Source of the DNA: Takakia lepidozioides
Lineage: Eukaryota > Plantae > Bryophyta
DNA: 64,000 nucleotides
Direction of reading: 5' to 3'
NCBI GenBank assembly: GCA_030704615.1
Contig: CM060732.1
Span: 19,034,001-19,098,000, forward strand
Numbering within the stretch: position 1 is the stretch's first letter; each line of letters begins with the position of its first letter. Under the pieces are notes generated by a model. That model did not search any database. It saw nothing but the letters and a program-made list of their open reading frames with translations, and was not told the DNA's origin. Positions 23,136 through 35,500 of this stretch are shown piece by piece. The translations under genes and the position numbers were made by a program.

Positions 23136-26100
23136 ATGGCTCCGAATTCCTACGCTATAGTTTGCTGTCCTCCGCAACTTGGGAGAGCCTGGATCCCAAA
23201 CGAGGGAGGACTTTGCAGAGTGACTGAAACTTACCTTTGTTCCAAATTCAAGCTCAAACCGGGCACAGTTTATTTGGAAGAAGAAAGGAAGGATGTTCCT
23301 GGACAGGTTGACGAGACCATTGTCGTGCTAGGTAACGACGGAGGTTGCGGAATCGAATGGCACGTACCCCCATCAGACACCATCCTGTACCGAGCTGTGG
23401 GAATGCCCATTCCCTTTCCGAATCAGTCGCTGCCCACACCATCCACAAAGGAGTCCGGAAACCGACAGGCGGCCACTGCCAACAGAGAGGTATGCAACGA
23501 TAATCATTCCCGACCTGGACCGTCAAGACCCTCCATAGCTTCTCGTGTGGACGTATTCGACATTTCCGACGAGGAAGATGATTGCATTGAGGTACCCATG
23601 TCCTCCACACGGTCGTTCAAATCCGGCATGGACGTCTCTGTAGGTGCTACGCATGTGCCCTCGAGCATAACTCCAACCCGGTCCATTGTGCAGCTCCTAC
23701 GACAACATCACCTCGATGGTTCTCGCTCCGAGCTGGCTGCTCTCGACTATGCCAAATTCCCAGTCAGAAAGGTAACGTTTCTGCCTCCCGAAGTCGATGG
23801 CAATGTCATCTTCGAGTTTCCACCTGTTTCTTCGTCAAACAAAGCCTCCGGGATGTTAACAGACATGGATCGAAAGCATGACGGACACCCCTGGTGTGTG
23901 ACGAAGACCAGTAGCACGAAAATTGCTGATGGTGTTCGTGTACGATATGTCCTCTGTGCGGGGAAGCTGAGGTGCCTCAATCCCACCTGCTTCCACTTTC
24001 TCTCCAAAGGAGGGCGGAGAAACGAGACGGATTGGACTGGCACAACGCATCATCCATTCATTGTCTCCAGCCAAGCTCCTGCGGGTTCTTTCAAGTGTGC
24101 ACATTGCAAAGAACCACCGACGTGCATGTCCATGTGCAGAGCCAAGCAATATTACGTAATCCATTTGCTCCCGGACTTGACTAGAGCTTGCATACACGTT
24201 GGGGTCCACTGCCACCCCTTGGCGAGAGGCAACATGCGTGAGGCTGTGCAGGAAGCACACGACATCATAAAAGAGGAGGTGAAATTGAGCCCCGGAGCCA
24301 GACCAAAGCAGATTCAGCTGAAGGCAGCCCACAAGATTGCTCTTGGCAAAATCATGTCTGAAGATGGTTCCGACCGAGAGCCCTTGACCGAAGACGAGAT
24401 GCGTGACCTCTTGGAGTCCGTCTCGCACGTTTGTAGTCCGAATGTGCGGAATCACATCGTATCTTGCAAGCAGGAGTTCGGCAGGGGGTCGGACATGTAC
24501 TCAATCCTGGAGGTGAAACGAATGACTGGATATGACTACATCCAAGGTAGCAGGTTTCCAGGGCAAGGCAGCGAATCCGATCGTTGTTACATTTTCAAAA
24601 TGTCGACGTGTGGGCCTGGGAGTGGAGTCGACTTGGTCACTCGCATGACAACTGGAAACTTGTCGAATGCTTGGGTGATGTTTGATCACATCAAGCGAAT
24701 TACAAACCATCAGTGGGTGACTATGGGTGCGCATGTTTATGACTATCACTCCAAGAGGCTCATGACGATTGCAATCTGCGAGATGAAAGGGGAGGACACA
24801 CAGTCCGAGATGCATCTGTGGGAGGGCACAAGGGCGGGATTGCCAGAGCCCAATTTCAGGGGATTCATGGCAGACAACGCTCAGGCCAACTGGGCAGCGG
24901 TGCGGCGTGTGTACGGTGAGGACCCCAATGTTCCAATGGAGGGGAAAGAGAGATCCTGTGGATTCCATTGGATGCAGAGTCTATCCCACTACACTACCAA
25001 ATTTGTTGCTAGCTCATTCCAGGCTGAACACCGTGTCCTTTGTACGGCGTGGAAGGATGCACCCACATTTGATGACGCGGAGGTTAAGTTTGCTATCATC
25101 GAGGCTTGGTGGAACACGTCAGGTGCAGTGGAGACAACCAATCTGGGAGCATTGCACAGCTGGTTGGGGTGGTGGCATTTTCGGTATCGACAGTTCGGAC
25201 AGTACATGCGGGAGGTAGGCTGCTGTCATTTTCGTTCATTTGTCTTTCTGTTACGGACATTTCGATTGGTCCCTCACCATTGTTTGTGTCCTTCTAGGAG
25301 CGGTGCTTGGATTCCGACACGGACATGCCGAACACGAATATGGCAGAATCGGTCCACTCCTCCTGGCGAGCGTCTTCTGCCGCACATCTGGTGGACGTAG
25401 TGACGGCCACAACGGAGGACATCGACAGAGCAATCATGCAGCAAGCCACGTACTACAAGTTCCTGAGCGGCAAACAATGGGGCTTTGGGCCGGACAGGGA
25501 GGAATTGTTGGTACGAACAGCTTCGAGGTCCAAGAATCCACTGAAATGGGCGACAGCATTGCGAGAGAAGATCAAAGGGACGCCTCTGCACCGCAGAGGT
25601 GAACACCTAGAGGGGGACGTCCGGACTCGCCCTGTCAGGCGGAGGATTGAAGAGGAACCCGGGTGCGAAGAGGATTCCTGGAGATCCGACAGGAACATTC
25701 GGACAGCACCTCGAGGTCCCGTCATGTTGCCGCACAATGTGTCTTCCAGCAGTGGAAGCCCAAGAAATTCCAGATCGCCGTCGCCTTCAACCGGGGATTT
25801 CGTGCGAGAAATTCCCACCGCTCCCTTGCCCCAGATTCCGCCCGCTGTTATGCAGTATGGCCAAGCCATTGTGGAGACGACTGTGTCTGCATCACAGTGG
25901 AGAATTGCTCGCACAAAGCCGTCGTTTCGAGGAAGGTGTTCCGCAATTCGTGTGGATACACGGCAACGTTGTTTAGAGATGATAAGGAGGAATCCAGATG
26001 GGGCTGTCCCTGCTCCTACTTTTACAGGAAGATTTGTCCATGCAAAGTTTGCGGAGGCGACAACCACCCAGTTCTGGTTCTGCAGGCACGACATTATGAC

Positions 26101-26728
26101 TTGCGTGTATGGAAAGCCCAAGTACGGCATACAAACAATGCCAGAGGCTCCCCCGGTGTGGCCGGTGGAACCAGGCTGCGATCTGAGTCAGGTTGAGGCC
26201 GACGCCCTTACCGCCGCAGGATTTCGGATGGTGCAGCGCACTGACGTCCCCAGACAACCATTTCCGCTTCCACAGCCTCCACCACCGACCCCTGTGAGAG
26301 CAAGAACAATGGGACACGACAGCTCTAAGCATCCTACACACCGTTGGGGGAAACCGAAGAGGCGGCGACCTCCCTCAAAAGTGAACGAGACAAGGATGGG
26401 GAATGCACTTCGGATGAACTGTACAATCCAGAGCTCGACAGAAGTGCCCCCACCAGGATTCGGGCGTGTGTATCAGATGGCCACGGCGGGCTCAGCTGTT
26501 CGCAATGAGGTGTACACCATCACCATTTCAGAATTACCCACCTGCAATTGCACCGACTTCCAGATCATGGCGAACAAGGGGGCATCATACTGCCCTTGCA
26601 AGCATTTGTACTACGTGTACCTAAAGAGACTCCGTTGTAATTCCACAACTCATCACTTCATACATGCACCAGGGTTGAGCCCCCAGGAGGTTCACACTCT
26701 TCTGAATATGGATCCAGGGGACCAGTGA
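23136..26728 (+). CDS. Intact Mutator-family DDE transposase (about 1,169 aa) with GCM-like Zn domain and C-terminal SWIM finger; exons 23136-25214 and 25298-26728
   Basis: VMFDH, FMADNAQANWAAVRRVY, SCGFHWMQSL (CxxH), TNMAESVHSSW; SWIM CNCTDF...CPCKHL; CAGKLRCLNPTC...CAHC...C...HVGVHCHP; 83-nt phase-0 GT-AG intron joins the two long ORFs. Confidence 0.88.
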
Positions 26729-29014
26729 GCTTGGCTTGCGGTCCCATACAATGGTACGCCCATCCTTTTCGGATAGTAGAACTGTACTGCTGCCAGTACC
26801 TCAGACTCTGGCCACAGAAAGGTCCGACATATGTCTTGCCTACCAGTAACCTGTTTTGCTCGAACTAAGATATTACTATATCGTTCACTTGTTTCCACGT
26901 GCATGTATTTTTGTATGTTGGAGGGTTCATGTTTTTCTGCTTTCCGAAAACTTGCTTTCCTCATTCGACCTCCGACAAGGAAATGCGGCGCCGCATTTCC
27001 AAGTATCGTCGTAGGTACTGGTAGAGGCGGCCTTCGCCAACACCAAACCGCTCCGAAATTTCGCACGTGCGAACCCTAATGCGGCACCTTATTTCCCAGT
27101 TCAGTTGCAAACCTTTCCCGCCGAATACCCGAAGAAGACAGAATTGTGAAGTACTGCAGACTGTATTGGTGCAGACTCCATTGGTTCAATCGCGGCAAAA
27201 GGGTCAGCTTCATTCGAATGTTAAGGCATGTAAAACCGCGGAATACTCTATACAGGCCAGTATGCGACGTCCTTTTGCAGTGGTATACTGGATTTTCCGT
27301 TGCACGGTCACTTATTTCCATGAGCGGATCTAAAAAACCATGAGCGGACTTGTTACTGACGACATATCTTCGCCGCATTACATGATCTGGAACGTCCAAA
27401 AACGGCAAGGTCAAATAAAAAATTATTATTTTAATACTTGTTTAATCTGCCGCATTTCCAAATTTGGAGGAGTCCGCTCATGAAATCCGCGTATCTTAGA
27501 CTTCGGCTCACCGCTCATGCGGCTCATGCGGCTCATGGCTCATGGCTCATGGTTTCTGCTCATGAAATAGTAAACCTCGAGATGAGGAGAAGCTGTGGAA
27601 TGAATACTTATCTGAGCCCAGTCACTGATGGGTCAACCGGGGCAGAAAGGTGAATGCCTGCTACATTTCAGAGAGTAGCAGACGCAATTCAGTATATGAA
27701 CTAGTGTGCTACGCTGAGTTGGGTGTTTCCTAGAATAAATGTAGGCTGTCATTGTCAGCTGCTAGCAGCAAGGCAAGGATGAATGCTTGATTTGTGCAGA
27801 GGCATGGATAGCTGAAGGAATAGAGATAGAGTGTGGGTGACGCAGGGTGCTGGGCAATGGGCAAGATGTCTTTGTATAAACGTGAGTGACCTTCCTATCA
27901 TCCTGGGTTTCATTTTTAGTGCATGTTTCTTTGTGAAGTATCTGACGACTTCGCCAATACACACCAACCTTTTTGCTTTGGTTTGTTTAGGACATGGGAT
28001 AGAAGTTACCATAAACAACACTGGCATTGGTTTTTCATATATGGTATTAGATAATTCTCTTAATTGTTTCCGCCTTGGCAGGTTGCTCAGTGACCTTCCC
28101 TGGACGCTTTGGAGTATAGCGAGTGAGTGTCTCACAATGCAATATTGGTTGGTGTATCTTATGCAAGAACTTGGAAAACAAACAAATGTCCTTGCTGTAG
28201 TAATTCTTAAAGCCATGCAAGCCGTTTTTGATGGGTTGCAGATTGATGGAATACATGAGTAGTTAGAAGATCCTGGGTGAACACTTTTCAAAGTGTTATA
28301 GTTAGACAAAATAATTCACATGAGAACATGCGACTATTTAATGTATTTTTAGATCGCAACAAAAATGATAATGATAAATAGATTGGTAAATAGAGATGGT
28401 ATGCAATCTCTTGGTTTTGCTCAGCTTGTTGCAGTTATGTCTTGCTGCCTTGTTCTCTTTGTATTATATATTATATTTCATTGTTGTAATAGACATGTAC
28501 ATGACTGCTATCATAGTCATAATAATGACTACATCTATTTTCACTCTCCAATAGTACTACACCACGTGGCAGAAATACAAATATGTAAAAAAATAGCAAT
28601 ACACCCCAAAAAAACACCCATCATGACACATGTCAATCTGCTGATGGACCACGTGTAAAAACTGCAACGTGCCACGTGTTGCAACCGGATTAGCACACCC
28701 GTAGTCATAGTTCGCAGTCATGGAGAGCTAAACACTCTGCCACGTGTCATTTCCTGCATCGAGCACGTGCCACTCTTGCACAGCCGCTGACATGGACTAC
28801 ACTGTCCGTTCAGTCATTCAGTAAAGCCAGCGTGTATGACTACCCCCACAGCTGCTCTGGCGCCACGTGACAGCCAGCCTGGAGAGTCATATCTGCCATG
28901 TCACAACTGACTAGGTCTTTACGTCTGCAGAGTCAGGAAGTCGTAAATGGCTTCCATGATTGCATTTGCAGTCATAACACAGAGACGTAAAAGCCGCAAT
29001 TTGTTGTAGTGTAC

Positions 29015-31165
29015 CCGACATGAAATGACTTTCAATCTTCTACGAGTTGTCATATTGGGCGGTACATATTCCACAAAAACACCGTCAATATCCCTATGCA
29101 TGCATGTGATATTGCACATTTGGTATGCGTTGCATTGTCACTTTCACGTAAAAAAATTTGTGTAAGTCTTTGTGGGTGGGGATATATGTAGGACCTGAAG
29201 ATTCGTCATCTTCTAGATCCCATGCATATTGAGAAGAATGTCTGCTCGTTCCTTTTTTGGGTTCTTCATGGCACGCCGGCAAAGAAGGGAGTGGTTGCAA
29301 AAGGAGATTCTTTCGGTGTTAGAAAGGAGCTTGAGGAGCAGGGTCGCATGTGTCATCTATGGGCCGAACAAAATGGTGTGGACCCAAAGGGTGTTGTACG
29401 GTGGAAGTATAGGTGCGCACCTTGGCAATAGACAAAGGAGGAATACAAGAAAGTGATAGCCACCATAAGTGCTGTCCGAACACCAACTGGTTATGGGTCA
29501 ACCCTCCGTACGAAGTTCAGCGAAGAAGACGGGGTCCACGGTTTGAAGTCTCATGACTACCACAATCTATTGCAAGATATCTTGCCCATTGCAGTACGTG
29601 GGACATTGACTCCCGAGGTTCGTGAGACAATCTATAGATTGGAAGGCTTGTTCCGGTGGATTTGCTCCAAAGAGTTGGAAGAAGCAGATTTTCCATGCAT
29701 GAAGAAAGAGGCGGCGGAGGTAATGTGTATGTTGGAGATGCACCTTCATCCCTCCTTCTTTGACATCCAAGTGCACTTGGTAGTGCACATAGTGGAAGAG
29801 GCTTCGATTGCCGGCCCCGTTCATTCTCGGTGGATGTACTTCTTTGAGCGTTATATGAAGACTTTGAAAGGATTTGTAAGACAAATGGCGCACCCGGAGG
29901 ATAGCATGGCGGAGGGGTATACGTTGTAAGAAGCTATGTTCTATTGCAGGGAGTACATGACAAGGGTGGATGAGGAAGCCCCTCGGATGTGGAAGGAAGA
30001 GGAGGATGCACGAACCAATGACATCGTTTTGCCCAAAAAATCAAAGAGGGTATAATTGCCGACCTCGGTGATTGAGCAAGCGCATGACTTCATACTGAAG
30101 AACACCCCATCCATACATGAGTGGGACGCAAGATACAATAATCTTGTTCAGCAATGAGAGGAGGAGACGCTTGCATGGAGGTGGAACCATCCAAGGCCGG
30201 TTACTAGACGCCCACGATGAGGAGCGGGCCGCCGGAATGTTCCTTCACAAAATTTGCCCATGGAATTGCAGCCTCTAAGTTCATTCCAACAGTGGCTTCG
30301 GACTTTAGTTTATGACGCCGTTGCTCAAGGAGAGGTAGTTTCAGATATGGTGCAAGACATTGCAAGGGGCCTCTCTCAATTCGCGACCTCATACACGGCG
30401 GTTTGGGTTCACGGTCGTCATTTTCGCATTCGTGCTCTTGACATGAAGCGCAAAACAACCTTTGATTCTGGCTTGTGTGCCACATATTGGCAAGACTCCG
30501 TGTGGGGCAAGGGAGATACACGACCTGCTACGAGCAAACTTGAGTACATTGGAGAGCTTGAGAGCATACTCCAACTTCAGTATACAAGGTACCGACCTCT
30601 TCTCTTCAAGGGAAGGTGGTTCCAGCCACATCTTGTGGGGCCCTCTGCAACACTAGTGCAAGATGACTGTGGTTTCATGCGCGTCAATGCAGATAGGCTC
30701 AACCCTACTCATCGTCCCTCCGATGAGCCTTTTTCCCGGCCTTCAGACATGGAGCAAGTTTTCTTCTCCGATGACAAAACAAGAGGGGGGAATTGGAAGG
30801 TGGTTGTGCATGCTTAGCCAAGAGGAAGACGTATCTATCATGGTCTCGGATCTCCATGGGATGAGGCAATTGCGGTGGACGGAGAGACTGGTCATAATGA
30901 TGCTGATGATGGAGGTTGGGTAGAGGGGGTAGAAAATGATAATGACGCCCCGGACAATGCATCCTGGACCCTATATGATGAAGCTCTAGAATATACGAAT
31001 GTTGGAGAAGGAGACGAAGACACGGCCATTGACAACGAGGTGGAGGATGATTCGGAGATGCCTTTTGAGGGCCGGCCCATTTATGACGATGACTCCGATG
31101 ACCAAAAAGACTTGCAGCTTGATGAGGATGAAGAAGCTTCGGATGATGATGTTCAAGTTGATTAG
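29015..31165 (+). pseudogene. CACTA Tnp2 transposase, 3' part (DUF4218/DUF4216-like)
   Basis: LDPMHIEKNV, GLKSHDYH.LLQ, PSFFDIQVHLVVH, GPVHSRWMYFFERYMKTLKGFVR..AHPE.SMAEGY, YIGELESILQLQY, DEPF..PS..EQVFF; several stops. Confidence 0.9.
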
Positions 31166-32527
31166 ACACAAAATCAAAGCTACATAACAATTCTCGCACC
31201 GAACTGGACCCATCCCTTCGATTGATTGTACATGTACATGCATATTGTACTTTATTTCCATGATTGATCAAATATGGCTGTGGCTGGTAGTCTTTCAAAA
31301 AAGAAGGCAGAGGCAATGAATATGTTGGAGCAACACATATAGATGTGGTATCAAGAGAATTATCAAAATGAATGTCACAATCTATAAGAAGGTCCACAAC
31401 AACAAGCTAAACCATAAAGAAAAACAAACACCCTACCCCAGTACCATATGAAAAAAAAAAAAAAAAACGAAGAACCCCCAAGGGCCCTAAACCTAAACCT
31501 AGAAAGCCCTGCCGTCGCTGCCTGCGACCCCCACGCGTCGCCACCTGCGACGCGGTTTTTAGGATTTATGAGGCCGGGGGTCGCAAACGGCGACGGCCAA
31601 CCGTTGCCAACTGCGACCTGTTTTTTTGAATGGATTTATGAGGCCTGAGGTCGCAAACGGCGACCGCCAGACGTCGCAAACTGTGACCTGTTTTTTTGTT
31701 TTGCAAGAATAGGGCAGCCGGGCAGTTTGCGACGCCCGGCCGTCGCAGGGGCCTTTTGCCCTTCATGCCACCATGCGACGGCCTGGCGTCGCAAGAAAGG
31801 GCTGCAATGAAAGAAAGGGCAAGAACGGGTTTTTTTTTTTTCGGCGTGCGACGACCGGCCGTCGCCAGAAAGGGCTGCCTTCTGCCCTTTGCTGGGGGGC
31901 GACGCTTGGGCATCGCACGGAAGGGCTGCCTTTTGCCCTTCATCAACCCGTGCGACGGCCAGGCGTCACCACCTGGCCCCGGCGCCAGGTGGCGACCCGC
32001 GGGGTTTGGCTGCGACGGCCCGGTGTCGCAAACAAGCTCCGTGGGGTTGGCGTCGCACGTTCGGAGCCGCATGGGGCGTGGGGGCGCGGCTGGTGTCGCA
32101 AACCACCCCCCCCCCCCCCCCCCCCCCCTAATTTGCTGTATTGCAACTCTCCGACTGTGAGAGGGGTATCCTCAATGCAAGGCTTCTTATTCTTCTTGCT
32201 AAGGGGCTTTTCCACTATCTTTGTTTTCCCTCTCTCCACAACAGCCTCAACCTCCTCCATCTCTCTCTCTCTCTATGTCTCTCTCCGGCTCCCTCGGCAA
32301 TGACCAGAGGTCTCTCAAGGGCACATGGCACTGGGTCCACAAATGGAGCCTGCAATTACAATGGGTTTTGTGAGGCCCTTGGCCAATCTCTGCAAGTCAT
32401 GTACACAAACCAATAAAAACAACAAAAACAAAAAGAATGCAGTAGGCAATACAACAAAATGGCGAGAGAGATACTGGACTCATGATGCTTCGAGGCGATG
32501 GTATCCCTGGGCCTGAGCGTGGGCATC

Positions 32528-35500
32528 TCAGACATCTTTGAACAAAGTAGGCCACCAGTAACCTGCGAGTAGTATCTTCCTACTGGTAGTCTCTTCTCCA
32601 AAATGACCTCCAGCCACTCCTTTATGAACTTCCTCCAAAACTTTATTTACTTCATGGTGGTACAAGCATCGTTTTAGTACTCCATCAGGTCCTAGCTTAT
32701 ACATTCTGCTTCCTACCATAGTATAAGGTAAAGCTTTGATAGCGATTCTCTTCCTCTGCTCCTTACCATAACTAGGTGGGCACTGACCATGAGCAAGGTA
32801 GTATCTGATTGGCCACTGCCAATCTAACCAGTCATCTGCACTTCCCTGCACCTCCACTGCAAATAGACTCGCATCTGGTAATTGATCATCTATTCCTGTG
32901 GCTGGTTCTCCTGTTGATAACCGTGACAAGTGATCCGCCACAAGATGCAGTCTCCCAGGCTTGTAAACAACCTCGAACTCAAACTCGTGCAAGATTATCA
33001 ACCATCTTGCTATTCTTCCGCTTATCAGAGGTTTGTTTACCAGGTATATCAGAGCCTGGTGATCCACATAGAACATAAACTTCTTGCCCAACAGGTAATG
33101 CCTGAATTTCTTCACTGCATAGATCATTGCCAATGCTTCTCTTTCCGTTGTGCTATAGTTCCTTTCAGCACTGTTCATCAACCTGCTAGCATAGTACACA
33201 GGTGAATCTATATTTCCTGTAACATTTTGGGCTAACACCGCTCCCAACGCTTCTCCTGATGCATCGCAGTGAACATGAAATACTACATGCCAGTGAGGGT
33301 TAATCAGCACAGGTGTAGTTGTTACTGACAGTGTAAGTTCCTCAAACGCCTGCTGACATTCAGCTGTCCAGGCAAACACTGCATCTTTCTTCAGAAGCTT
33401 GCTCAATGGTGCTGCTACAAATCTTCTGTAATAACTGGTTTGCCCAAGGAATCTCATTAGACTCTTAACATTCACTGGTGGTGGAGAGGCTTTAATGGCC
33501 TCTGTCTTCCTGGGATCCACAAGAAGTCCCTTCTTACACACAATGTGTCCCAGAAGCACCCCTGAGTTCACACAGAAAATACACTTCTCTGGATTCAGGC
33601 CCAGACCTCTCATCCTGCATCTGGCCAGACATAACTCCAATTTATGTAAGTGCTCATTCTTAGAGCTGTACACACAATTTTCCAAGAACACCTGCATGAA
33701 ATCATCCAGATACTCATGAAAAGATTCACTTATTACTCTCTAAAAGGTTGCTGGTGCATTACAAAGTCCAAAGGGCATGACTTTGTATGCATAAGCACCC
33801 CAGTCTGTGATGAAAGTTGTCTTTCCTTGATCTTCTTCTGCCACTTGCACTTGATTATAACCACTGAAGCCATCCATGAATGAGTACATCTCATGGCCTG
33901 CCACAGTGTCCAATACTGCTTCTGTGAATGACAAAGGGAAAGGATCTTTCTTCGTACAAGCATTCAGCTTCTTGTAGTTCACACATACTCTTAGTTTACC
34001 ATTCTTCTTGGGAACTATAACAATAGGTGACAACCAAGTTGTATACTCTATTGGGTATATAAACTTAGCCTCAGCCAACTTCTTAATCTCTTCTCCAACC
34101 TTCTGTGCGTAGTTGGGATTCATTCTGTACCTCGCCTGCTTGATTGGTACTGACCCTGGTTCCAGTTCAATCTTATGCTGACAGACTTCAGGTGGTATCC
34201 CTTTTAGATCCTCATAGCTCCAAGCAAATACATCTCTGTATTTGATGAACAAGCTTTTAGCTTTTTCAAAGAATTCCGGCTCCAAATCAGCTCCTACTTT
34301 CACCATCCTCAGTTCCTCTTTAGTTCCCACATTCACTTCCCTCACCTGCTCATCAGCTGTGATTGTCCAACCAGTCACCACTTCATCCTGTAAGCTCACA
34401 GTGGCTGGTTCCTCTAGGATTTCCATTTCTCCTTCTCTTTCTTCATAGAAATGTGATGGGTAACTGCTGGTTTCCTCTTCAGTTGGTGTTGTTGTCACTA
34501 CACCACAGCAGATACCTTTTAAACAACTTAGGCTTTCCAGCCGCATCTCTGCAACCTGCTCCCACTCTGGGTGTGCAGCAAATAGGGTAGCTTCCTGCTC
34601 CTCATCCAGTCCTCCTCTCCAGTCATACTCTCTGACTCCTCGAGGTCTTCTTGTAGCAGGTAATCTACTAGATTTCTTTGTGGTAATTTGTATCTCGTGT
34701 ATCCCATTATGCACGGTTAGTAACTGAGAATTCCAGTCATGGAATACCCTGGCCTGTTTCAGCCACGGACGTCCCAATAATAAGGAGTAAGCCTCCATGA
34801 CTTCATCCATCTTCAACACAGTTACTGTGATCATAAAGATCATCTTCTGTATCTGTATCTTAACTCCTCTTATTAATCCCAATGGCTGTACACTTCTTTG
34901 ATCTGCCATTGTTACTGTAAATGGGGCTGGTTTCATGTTACTTAGACCAAGCTTCTTTCTTAATTGGTCTGTCATGATATTTACTCCAGAACCTCCATCT
35001 ATCAGTACATCAGTTAGTTCTGTGCTTCCAATTCTCAATTGGATTACTGGCATAGAATCATCAAAGTCCATGACTATTTCTCGCCCTTCCGGCTTCACAT
35101 TATAACTGGTCACCTTGCTATTCAGGTCTGTGTTTCCTGTCTCCTGGGCAATTCGATTGATTGCTTGATACAGCCTGTGCCTACAATAAGGTGCCACAGC
35201 CAATAGCTGTCCAATGGTAATCTCTGCTTTGGTCTGGCATATTACTTCAGCCAAAGTCTCTTCATTATTTTGCATGCCTGCATCTTCTTTCTTCCTTTCA
35301 TCCTCACTCCCTTCTTCTTCTTCATCAGAACCAGAGGAATCTGCCACAAGAATATCAGTACTCTTTTGCATTTCCCTTATGGTATCTGCCACTTCCTTGT
35401 GCAGTTCCTTCTCATCGTTCCAAGTCTCTTCATCTTCAGCCATATCACTGCCATCTTCATTATCATCATCTTCCTCAGCTAGTGGAGGTATTAGTTTGGC

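Larger units (their letters stand above)
12429..27578. mobile_element. 15.15-kb Mutator-like (MULE) DNA transposon with cargo genes
   Basis: 8-bp direct repeat GAGATGAG at 12421-12428 and 27579-27586; inverted ends AGGGGCTGCTATTTCATGAGC and GCTCATGAAATAGTAAACCTC; CATGAGC heptamer arrays at both ends; internal MULE transposase. Confidence 0.9.
8822..29011. mobile_element. Non-autonomous (Pack-type) CACTA element inserted in the Tnp2 gene; about 5 kb of own sequence plus the nested 15-kb MULE
   Basis: TIRs CACTACAACAGATTGCGGCTTTTA (8822) and TAAAAGCCGCAATTTGTTGTAGTG (ends 29011); 3-bp TSD TAC; ATGACT/AGTCAT subterminal repeats; empty site visible at 62791-62815. Confidence 0.93.
5473..32143 (+). 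mobile_element. CACTA/EnSpm element copy 1, 5'-truncated, interrupted at 8821/29012
   Basis: 5473-8821 plus 29015 onward is colinear with about 59653-64000. Tnp2-type transposase remnants; TGCGAC/GTCGCA subterminal repeats 31500-32100; probable degenerate right TIR ATTTGCTGTATTG at 32131-32143. Confidence 0.75.

Noticed and set aside
22932-26728. Zisupton/KDZ or hAT assignment from SWIM and the 8-bp TSD
   Set aside because: The catalytic core (MADN..A..AV, CxFH..Q, TN..ES.H) fits Mutator better.
27755-28309. 184-aa ORF in the Pack-CACTA
   Set aside because: No recognisable motif, and competing frames are equally plausible.
31566-32303. GC-rich ORFs of 100-180 aa
   Set aside because: Translations of CACTA subterminal repeats and poly-C tracts.
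33695-33715. YLDD as the intact RT active site
   Set aside because: By position the catalytic motif lies a few residues later and reads FLEN.
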